Shown here one piece after another: positions 11,769 through 19,409 of a DNA stretch of 64,000 nucleotides. A program made the translations under genes and the position numbers. Positions within the stretch are counted from its first letter, which is position 1; every line of letters starts with the position of its first letter. The notes under the pieces were generated by a model. That model did no database searches. It was given only the letters and a program-made list of their open reading frames with translations, and was not told where the DNA came from. Where the stretch lies: the NCBI GenBank assembly GCA_041390065.1, contig JAWKQQ010000024.1, forward strand, positions 5,901 to 69,900, written 5' to 3'. Source of the stretch: Candidatus Krumholzibacteriia bacterium. GTDB taxonomy: Bacteria > Krumholzibacteriota > Krumholzibacteriia > LZORAL124-64-63.

Positions 11769-12717
11769 GGAGGCGCCCGCCGGACAGGGGCTGGGAACAC
11801 CCCTCCACGAGCAGCTGCAGCGACTCGTCGAGGCCGGTCACGCGGCCGCAGGCCAGCGGAGGCGGCAGGTCCGCCGGGTCGGTGGCGTCGGGCAACCCCT
11901 CGGCGTACACGGCCACGCGCCGGCCGACGTCGCCGCAGAGACGGCGGTAACGCGCGACGACCGACCCGCCGCCCGCGGCGTCGGCCAGGCCGGCGAGGTT
12001 GGCGCGGAGCCGGGCGAGGACCGCCACCGCGACCGCGTGCAGGCCGATGTCGTGGCCGGCGGCGGCCAGGCTGGTGATCCGCGGCACGAACACCGTAGGC
12101 GCGACCGAGGGCGTCACCCCCACGTTCAGGCCCACGCCGTAGCTCAGCGTGATCAGCCGGCCGCCGCGGCTCTGGGCCGCCGCCAGGACACCGGCCACCT
12201 TGCCGCCATCCAGGAGCACGTCGTTGATCCACTTGATGCGGGGCGCGGCCTGCGGGCAGAGCCGCGCGATCGCCTCGCTCACGCTGACCGCGGCCACCGC
12301 CGGCACGGCCGCCGCGCAACGGCCCAGATCCAGGTCGACCGGCGCCTGGCAGCTCAGGTGCAGGTTGCCGCGCACCGTCTGCCAGGGACGTCCCCGGTTG
12401 CCGTGGAAATCGCGGCCGGCCAACGCCAGGGCCGCCACCGCGCCGGGCGGCCGGCCGCGCCGGCGGACCGCGTCGAGCAGGGCGTCGTACTGGGAACCCG
12501 GCGCGGAGTCGATGAGCACGAGGGCGTCCCAGTCGCCGGCGGCCGACCAGGCCCGCGATTCGACCACCCGTACGGCCGCCGGATCCGGGAGCAGATCCGC
12601 CAGATAATCGACAAGCTCACGTGTGTATTTCGTCAATCCAGACTTGACGAGCGGGGTCCGGACTCGGCAGTCTAGCGCTTCGGCTGCGGAGCCGTCGAGG
12701 TCGGTCAGGATGAGCAC
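11746..12717 (-). CDS. birA: Biotin--protein ligase-like (BPL/LplA/LipB family), no N-terminal HTH
   Basis: It has KWINDVLLDGGKVAGVL, which corresponds to the KWPNDL..GKK.AGIL block. The glycine-rich loop is degenerate: FHGNRGRPW in place of GRGRxGRxW. Confidence 0.65.
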   Translation of the reverse strand: MLILTDLDGSAAEALDCRVRTPLVKSGLTKYTRELVDYLADLLPDPAAVRVVESRAWSAAGDWDALVLIDSAPGSQYDALLDAVRRRGRPPGAVAALALAGRDFHGNRGRPWQTVRGNLHLSCQAPVDLDLGRCAAAVPAVAAVSVSEAIARLCPQAAPRIKWINDVLLDGGKVAGVLAAAQSRGGRLITLSYGVGLNVGVTPSVAPTVFVPRITSLAAAGHDIGLHAVAVAVLARLRANLAGLADAAGGGSVVARYRRLCGDVGRRVAVYAEGLPDATDPADLPPPLACGRVTGLDESLQLLVEGCSQPLSGGRLRDLEPRL

Positions 12718-12903
12718 CCGTTCTCCTCCGGGGACGGTGGCGGCGCCGTGGATCCGTGGGATCGTGCGGCGCGATCATGACCGAAGCGACGGGCGCTGAC
12801 AAGGCCCGCAGGTCGGCCGGCGGGGAGCAGACGCTCCGGATCCGGGAGATCTCGAAGCTGCGACGTCGGCCGGCATGGCGCCGGCCGCATACGAGGAGGA
12901 AGC

Positions 12904-14241
12904 ATGCTCAAGTCGACAACGAATCCGTCGCTCGCGGCGTGTCTGCTGCGGGCCCTGGCGTCCACCGCCCTGGCCGGCGGCTTCAGCATCTACGAGGCCG
13001 GGGCCCGGGCCACCGGCATGGGGTGCGCGGTCACCGCGAGCGTCGCCGACGGTTCGGCGCTGTTCTACAACGTCGCGGGACTCAGCTTCATGCCGGGCAC
13101 GCAGGCCGACGTGAACGTGATGCCCGTGGCGCCGCACATCAAGTTCGCAGGCCTCGGCGACCCCTTCCCCTCCTACACGGCGGAGACCGTGACCCAGAGC
13201 TTCATCATCCCGGGCGTCGGCGTCAGCCACAACCCCGGCGGCAAGCTGGCGTTCGGCCTGGGCGTCTCCGCACCGTTCGGCCTGGGCGTCGAGTGGAAGG
13301 ACCCGGACACCTACTCGGGCCGCTTCCACAGCTACGACGTGGACCTCGCCACGATCTACATCACGCCGGCCGTGAGCTACAAGGTGACGCCGCGGCTGGC
13401 CCTGGCCGCGGGACTCGACGTCGCGTACCAGCACATCCAGCTCAACCGCCGGGCCGGACAGGCCTTCGGCGGCAACGCCGAGCTGGTCGACGTGCTCGAC
13501 GTCCAGCTCGAGGGCGACAGCGACCTCAACTTCACGCCGACCTTCGGCCTGATGTACAAGCCGAGCCCGAAGGTGTCGCTGGGCGTCATGTACCACCACA
13601 AGAAGACCATGACGTACAAGGGCGGCACCGGCACGCTGACCAGCGTCGCGCCGGCCGGCCCGTTGCAGGACGCCGTGGCGCCGCTGGTGGGCGAGTACGA
13701 CGTCGACACCGAACTGGGCCTGCCTCACATCCTGAGCCTCGGCATCGCCTACCGGCTGACCGACCGCCTGCTCGCCGAGTTCGACGCCGTCCAGTTCGGC
13801 TGGTCGAACTTCGAGGAGCTCGCGCTCGACTTCGACCCCAACCCGGGCGGCGCCCTCAGCTCGGTGGTGCCGATGAAGTACGAGGACAAGTGGCAGTTCC
13901 GCCTGGGCCTGGATTACGCCGTGAACGAGCGGTGGTCGTTGCTCGCCGGATATGCGCGCGACGAGTCGCCCCAGCCCAAGGCCGGCATGGGCGCGCTGTT
14001 GCCCGACGCCAACCGCAACGATTTCTCGTTCGGCGCCCAGTACGTGGCGGACGGCTGGCGCTTCACCGCCAGCTTCATGGCCGTGCTCAACGAGGCTCGC
14101 GACAACCTGGAGAACGGGCGGGTGACCCTCTTCCCGGAAGACGCCGCGGACCCCGAGGCGGTCGAGCTGCGCAACCGTGAGGCGGGCCGCTACGAGTCCG
14201 TCGCCAACATCTGGGCCTTCGGCATCGGCCGACAGTTCTAA
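12904..14241 (+). CDS. FadL/OmpP1/TodX-family outer-membrane hydrophobic-compound channel
   Basis: AGGAGG precedes the ATG. A signal peptide is followed by GGFSIYEAGARATGMGCAVTA...ALFYNVAGL, the FadL N-terminal hatch signature. The protein has an aromatic C-terminal beta-strand (...WAFGIGRQF). Confidence 0.8.
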   Translation: MLKSTTNPSLAACLLRALASTALAGGFSIYEAGARATGMGCAVTASVADGSALFYNVAGLSFMPGTQADVNVMPVAPHIKFAGLGDPFPSYTAETVTQSFIIPGVGVSHNPGGKLAFGLGVSAPFGLGVEWKDPDTYSGRFHSYDVDLATIYITPAVSYKVTPRLALAAGLDVAYQHIQLNRRAGQAFGGNAELVDVLDVQLEGDSDLNFTPTFGLMYKPSPKVSLGVMYHHKKTMTYKGGTGTLTSVAPAGPLQDAVAPLVGEYDVDTELGLPHILSLGIAYRLTDRLLAEFDAVQFGWSNFEELALDFDPNPGGALSSVVPMKYEDKWQFRLGLDYAVNERWSLLAGYARDESPQPKAGMGALLPDANRNDFSFGAQYVADGWRFTASFMAVLNEARDNLENGRVTLFPEDAADPEAVELRNREAGRYESVANIWAFGIGRQF

Positions 14242-14256
14242 CCAGGAGGACCTGCG

Positions 14257-15600
14257 ATGAAGACCATCCGCATCAGCCTGGTCGCCATGGCCCTCCTCGG
14301 CCTCGCGCTCACCGGCTGCAGCCCCGACGACCCCACGCATCCCATCCCCGAGATCGCCCGACCGGACGGCCCGGCCGCGCTCGCCCGCTACGTGGCGATC
14401 GGCAACAGCCTGACGGCCGGCTTCATGGACGGCGGCCTGTCGATCGTCGGCCAGCTGAGCAGCTACCCCGCGCAGATCGCCGGCCAGCTCGGCGAGAGCC
14501 CGGCGCCGGGGTCCGACCCCTGGTTCAGCCAGCCGCTGATCGCGCTGCCGGGCGTGGGGTCGAGCACCCCGAGCACGCCGGCCAACGCCGCGGGCGTCCT
14601 GCACTGGAACGGCGCGTCCATCAGCGTGCTGGACGAGACGCCGCTGATCGATCTGCAGGCGAACCTGCTGCTGGCGAGCCTCTACCCCACGCCGTACCGC
14701 AATCTCGGCGTGCCGGGCGCCACCACGCTCGACGTCACCGCGGCCCTCAACAGCAGCACCAGCCAGAGCCCCGGCAACCGTTACTTCGACCTCATCCTGC
14801 GCAACCCCACCTTCGGCGACGTCAACATGCTCGACCAGGCCATCGCCCAGGGGCCCACCCTCGTGTCGGTCTGGATCGGCAACAACGACGTGCTGGGCGG
14901 CGCCACCGGCGGCCAGCCCGAGCTGGGCGTGAACGTGACCCCGCCGGCGGAGTTCGAGACCATGCTGGACGGCATCATCACCACGCTGGTGACCGGAGTC
15001 GAGGACCGGTTCCTCGTCACGCCCCACCTGGTGGTGGGCAACATCCCGTCCATCACCTCGGTGCCCTATTTCATGCCCAAGGCGCTGTTCGACCAGATCA
15101 CCACCGGCGGTCTGGGCAGCTATCCCACCGACGAGGACGACGTGGCGTACGTGCGGTTCCCGGCCCTGGCGATCGCCGACGGCTCGCCGCTGGACGCCAC
15201 CTGGACGCTGACCGCCGACGAGGTGCAGGTCGTCGAGGCGGCCGTCGCCGGCTACAACGCCGCGATCGCCGCACTCGCGGACGAGCACGGGTTCACCGTC
15301 GCCGACTTGCACGCCCTGCTCGGAGGGCTCGACGCCGCCAGCCGCACGCATTTCCAGGTGCTGGTGGGCGGCGGCATGACGGTGTCGGCGGCCGCGGCCG
15401 CCACGGCCTTCTCGCTCGACGGCATCCATCCGAACAGCCGCGGCTACTCGCTGGTGGCCAACGCGTTCATCGAGGCGATCAACACCGAGCTCGGGCTCAG
15501 CGGGGCCGACGCCGTGTCCTACGTGGACGAGGCGGCGTGGGACCCGACCTATGCCAGCTACGCGGGCAAGTCGCCGCAGCTGGCCGGCCTGCTGCGGTAG
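14257..15600 (+). CDS. SGNH/GDSL-family hydrolase lipoprotein
   Basis: The lipobox is LALTGCSP. SGNH blocks are IGNSLTAGF (block I Ser), GNNDVLGG (block III) and DGIHPNSRGY (block V Asp-x-x-His). The start lies 15 nt after the FadL-like gene. Confidence 0.75.
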   Translation: MKTIRISLVAMALLGLALTGCSPDDPTHPIPEIARPDGPAALARYVAIGNSLTAGFMDGGLSIVGQLSSYPAQIAGQLGESPAPGSDPWFSQPLIALPGVGSSTPSTPANAAGVLHWNGASISVLDETPLIDLQANLLLASLYPTPYRNLGVPGATTLDVTAALNSSTSQSPGNRYFDLILRNPTFGDVNMLDQAIAQGPTLVSVWIGNNDVLGGATGGQPELGVNVTPPAEFETMLDGIITTLVTGVEDRFLVTPHLVVGNIPSITSVPYFMPKALFDQITTGGLGSYPTDEDDVAYVRFPALAIADGSPLDATWTLTADEVQVVEAAVAGYNAAIAALADEHGFTVADLHALLGGLDAASRTHFQVLVGGGMTVSAAAAATAFSLDGIHPNSRGYSLVANAFIEAINTELGLSGADAVSYVDEAAWDPTYASYAGKSPQLAGLLR

Positions 15601-15624
15601 GCCGTCGCCGGGAGCGGACCACGC

Positions 15625-15650
15625 GCGGGGGAGCCTCCGGGCTCCCCCGC
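15625..15650 (+). terminator. GC hairpin after the SGNH hydrolase gene
   Basis: gcgggggagcc-tccg-ggctcccccgc forms an 11-bp stem, 25 nt after the stop. Confidence 0.35.
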
Positions 15651-15732
15651 CATGCCTCCCCCCCCCTGTGGGGCTTACTCTGTGGGCGGCCAACAACCCG
15701 GAACAACCGGCCGGATCCAAGGAGAGCACCTG

Positions 15733-16683
15733 GTGAACCAGTACGGCAATCGCGGTATCGGCAGCTACGGAGCCCGCATGGGGCTCGGTCCGGCGGTCTT
15801 CCTGCTCCTGCTCGCGAACGTGGCGGTCTTCCTGTTCCAGTTCCTCGTGGCCGGTTTCTCGGGCAGGGATCCGATCGGGGCCTGGGGTTCGTTCATCCCC
15901 TACTTCGCGATGCAGAAGCTCCAGCTCTGGCGCTTCTTCACCTACATGTTCCTGCACGGCAGCTTCACGCATATCGCCTTCAACATGCTCGGACTCTGGC
16001 TGTTCGGCTCCCGCATGGAGGCGCTGTGGGGCAGCCGCACGTTCACCTGGTTCTACTTCGCCGCGGGCGTGGGCGGAGCCCTGGTCTACGGCGTGTTCAG
16101 CCTGGCGGGGGTGAGCGCCCTGGTGCCGATGGTGGGCGCCTCGGGCGCCATCTACGGCATCCTGCTGGCCTTCGGCCTCGCGTTCCCCAACGCCATCATC
16201 TTCGTGTTCTTCTTCCCCATGCCGGCGCGCATCGCCGTCGTCGTGTTCGCCGCGATCTCGCTGCTGGGCATCGGCGGCGCCAACGTCGCCCACCTCGCCC
16301 ACCTCGGCGGCATGCTCACCGGCCTGGCGTTCCTCTGGTTCTTCACCGGCGGGCATCCCAGCCAGGTGCCCCGGCTGCCAGGCGGCCGGTCGCGTCGCAC
16401 CCGCGCCTGGTCCGACGGCCTCCCGCGTTCCCGCGCCCAGCAACGTAGCCTCTGGCAGCAGACCATCGACGCCTACCACCGCTGGCGCACCGGGCAGCGC
16501 CTGCACGTGGTGGACAAGACGTCCGACAAGGACCCGGCACCCCGTCCGGGCAACGGCAAGACCCGCGGCGGCGTTCCCGTCGACCGCGTCGATGAGATCC
16601 TCGAGAAGATCTCGCGCGAGGGGCTCAAGAGCCTGACCGCCGAGGAACAGGACATCCTGCGCCGGGCCAGTCGCCGCGACTAG
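15733..16683 (+). CDS. Rhomboid-family intramembrane serine protease
   Basis: The start was chosen at the GTG at 15733, 8 nt after AAGGAG; the track ORF starts at 15652. Motifs are FTYMFLHGSFTHIAFNM, GASGAIYGILLA (catalytic Ser) and AHLAHLGGM (catalytic His). The C-terminal tail is VDEILEKISREGLKSLTAEEQDILRR. Confidence 0.85.
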   Translation: MNQYGNRGIGSYGARMGLGPAVFLLLLANVAVFLFQFLVAGFSGRDPIGAWGSFIPYFAMQKLQLWRFFTYMFLHGSFTHIAFNMLGLWLFGSRMEALWGSRTFTWFYFAAGVGGALVYGVFSLAGVSALVPMVGASGAIYGILLAFGLAFPNAIIFVFFFPMPARIAVVVFAAISLLGIGGANVAHLAHLGGMLTGLAFLWFFTGGHPSQVPRLPGGRSRRTRAWSDGLPRSRAQQRSLWQQTIDAYHRWRTGQRLHVVDKTSDKDPAPRPGNGKTRGGVPVDRVDEILEKISREGLKSLTAEEQDILRRASRRD

Positions 16684-16716
16684 CGGTCCGCGTCCCCGGG
16701 ACCCGAAAGGCCGCCC

Positions 16717-17706
16717 GTGAACCGCAGCGCCACCTCGCCGCCCGACCTCAGACGTGATCGTCAGCTGGAACACGCGCGACCTGCTGACGGGCTGCCTGGC
16801 GGCGTTGCCGGCGGCCTGCGGCCGGCTGCAGACGGAGATCCTGGTGGCGGACAACGCGTCCGCGGACGGCACCGTCGACCCGCGTGCGCCGGGACTTCCC
16901 CGCCGTGACCATCCTGGAGACCGGCGGCAACCTGGGCTTCGCACGCGCCAACAACCTGGCGCTCGCGGTCGCCCGCGGCCGCAGGCTGTTGCTGCTCAAC
17001 CCGACACCGTGTGTCCCGCCGGGTCGCTGGCCTCCCTGTGCGATCATCTCGACCGGCTGCCGGACGCCGTGGCCATCGGTCCCGACCTCGTGGCGGGCGA
17101 CGGCACGGCGGCCGCCTGCTGGGGCGATTTCCCGGCCTGCCACCACCACTGGCAGGCGTGGTGTTCGATCCCCGGGGAGCCTGGTTGCCGCGCCGGTGGC
17201 GCGGGTCCGGGCTCGGACGGACGGCGGCCGGCGCGCTCGCGTCGCCACGGCATCGCGACCCGGCCACCGGCGCCCTCGAGGTGCCGTACGTCAAGGGCGC
17301 CTGCCTGCTGACCACCCGTGAGGTCTGGCAGCGAACCGGCCCGCTGGACGAGCGGTTCTTCCTCTACTTCGAGGAGACGGACTGGTGCCATCGCGCGCGC
17401 GCCGGCGGCGGCCGCGTCTACCTCTGTCCCGACGTCCAGGTGCGGCACCTCGAAGGCCAGGCCACCGGCCAGGTGAGCGAGTTCAGCCTGCGGCAGTTCC
17501 AGCACAGCTACCGGCTCTACCTGCGCAAGCACCAAGGAGAGGCCGCCGTGCGCTGCGTGCGGCGGGCCCAAGCGTTCGAATACCGCTGGAAGGCGTGGTG
17601 GCGGGGTCGGTCGCGGCGGCCCGCCGACCGCGCGCTGGCCGCCCGGTACCGCGCGATCGCCCGCCTGCAGGACATGGACGACGTCGCGCCCGACCGGCCG
17701 CGCTGA
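16717..17706 (+). pseudogene. Family-2 glycosyltransferase, reading frame broken at least four times
   Basis: GT2 homology runs across all three frames. The segments are ...PDL / VIVSWNTRDLLTGCLAAL..ILVADNASADGTV / RRDFPAVTILETGGNLGFARANNLALAVARGRRLLLLNP / DTVCPAGSLASLCDHLDRLPDAVAIGPDLV / ...VKGACLLTTREVWQRTGPLDERFFLYFEETDWCHRARAGGGRVYLCPDVQVRH. The frame changes fall near 16750, 16881, 17001 and between 17130 and 17260. Confidence 0.7.
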
Positions 17707-17796
17707 GCCGCGTCCGACCACCAGGACGGACCCGGCCGGGCGCGCGCCCTGGGGCGTTGGTCCGGCCGGTGACGGTCCGGGTCCGCGGATCGGCGG

Positions 17797-19389
17797 CTAG
17801 CGCCGACGGCCCTTGGTCTTGCGCTCGAACTCGGCGATCAGGTCCTTGTCCGTCTCCAGCGACACGATGCGGAATTCCTCCACGTGCAGGCCGGGATCGT
17901 CCATGACGTTGACCTCCAGGGAGAACGTGCGGCACATCTCGCGGAACTGCTCCGGGCGTTCCTCGAGCAGGTAGAGCGCCAGCATCGGGTTGGCCTGGAT
18001 CTGCAGCCGTTTCTCCTTGGTCACGATGGCGATCCGGTGCACGAGCCGCTCGATGCGGTTGCTCATGGTCTCCAGCGAGAGCACCTTGCCCGTGCCCGTG
18101 CAGTAGGGACAGGGGTCGGAGAGCTGGCTCAGGAGCGACGGCCGCACGCGCTGGCGGCTCATCTCGATCAGGCCCAGGCCCGAGACCTGGAACACCTTCG
18201 TGCGGGCCCGGTCGCGCTTGAGATGGTTGCGCAGTTCGGCGAGCACCCGGCGCTTGTTGGACTCGCTCTCCATGTCGATGAAATCGACGACGATGATGCC
18301 GCCGAGATCGCGCAGGCGCAGCTGACGGGCCACCTCGCGGGCCGCCATCATGTTGGTCTGGACGATCGTGTCTTCCTGGTTGCGCTTGCCGGTGAAGCGG
18401 CCGGTGTTGACGTCGATCGACACCAGCGCCTCGGTGGGTTCGATGATCAGGTAGCCGCCCTTCTTCATCCAGACGCGCTTGTCGAGCGACTTCTTGATCT
18501 CCGGCTCGATGTCGTAGTGGTCGAAGATGGGCAGATCACCGGAGTAGAGGCGGATGCGCTTCTCCAGCTCGGGCGCGAAGGTGCGGGCGTATTCGATGAG
18601 CCGCGCGCGGTCGTCCGCATCGTCGATGATCAGCTCCTCGACGTCCTCCTTGAAGATGTCGCGGATCAGACCGACCACCAGGCCCACGTCCTCGTGCACC
18701 AGACCGGGCGCCGGCACCTCCTTCGCGCGCACGCGGATGGTCTCGTTGAGCTCGCTGAGGTAGCGCACGTCGTTGCGGATGGCCGCTTCCTCGGCCCCCT
18801 CGGCGGCGGTGCGGATGATGAACGCGCCCCGGTCCGGCCGATGCTGCTGCAGGTGCTGCTTCAGGCGCACGCGCTCGCGGCGGTCGGCGATCTTGCGCGA
18901 GACGCCGATGTGGCGGCCCTTGGGCATCATCACGAGGTAGCGGCCGGGCAGGCTCAGGTCGGCCGTCAGGCGCGGGCCCTTGGTGCTGATGGGTTCCTTG
19001 GTGACCTGCACGAGGATCTCGTCGCCCACCTTCAGCTGGGTGTCGATGTCCGGCACGGGTTCATAGCGGCCCCGCCGACGGTCCTGGCCGCCGCCGGACT
19101 CGGCCGCGGCCGCGGTTCCCTCGGCATCGTCATCGTCGTCGTCGTCATCGTCCTCGGTGCCGCTGTGCACGACGTCGCTCGCATGCAGGAAGCCGGCCTT
19201 CTCGAGGCCGATGTCGACGAACGCCGCCTGCAGGCCGGGCTTCACCGAGGTGACCTTGCCCTTGTAGACGTTGCCCACGATCCGGCGGGCGTCGGCCCGC
19301 TCGACGAGCAGCTCGACCACCTCCGCATCCTCGAGGATGGCGACGCGGAGCTCGTTGGCGGTGGAATTGATGATGATGTCTTTCCGCAT
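17797..19389 (-). CDS. rng: Ribonuclease G/E family (Rne/Rng catalytic domain only)
   Basis: The S1 domain is GNVYKGKVTSVKPGLQAAFVDIGLEKAGFLHASDV. The DNase-I-like and Zn-link region follows (...FIDMESESNKRRV...CPYCTGTGKV). A nine-Asp insert follows the S1 domain. Confidence 0.9.
   Translation of the reverse strand: MRKDIIINSTANELRVAILEDAEVVELLVERADARRIVGNVYKGKVTSVKPGLQAAFVDIGLEKAGFLHASDVVHSGTEDDDDDDDDDAEGTAAAAESGGGQDRRRGRYEPVPDIDTQLKVGDEILVQVTKEPISTKGPRLTADLSLPGRYLVMMPKGRHIGVSRKIADRRERVRLKQHLQQHRPDRGAFIIRTAAEGAEEAAIRNDVRYLSELNETIRVRAKEVPAPGLVHEDVGLVVGLIRDIFKEDVEELIIDDADDRARLIEYARTFAPELEKRIRLYSGDLPIFDHYDIEPEIKKSLDKRVWMKKGGYLIIEPTEALVSIDVNTGRFTGKRNQEDTIVQTNMMAAREVARQLRLRDLGGIIVVDFIDMESESNKRRVLAELRNHLKRDRARTKVFQVSGLGLIEMSRQRVRPSLLSQLSDPCPYCTGTGKVLSLETMSNRIERLVHRIAIVTKEKRLQIQANPMLALYLLEERPEQFREMCRTFSLEVNVMDDPGLHVEEFRIVSLETDKDLIAEFERKTKGRRR
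19126..19152 (-). repeat. GAY trinucleotide tract encoding nine consecutive Asp in RNase G
   Basis: The plus strand reads atcgtcatcgtcgtcgtcgtcatcgtc, which is (GAT/GAC)x9 on the coding strand. Confidence 0.8.
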
Positions 19390-19409
19390 GGTATGATCTC
19401 GGTTCCGAT

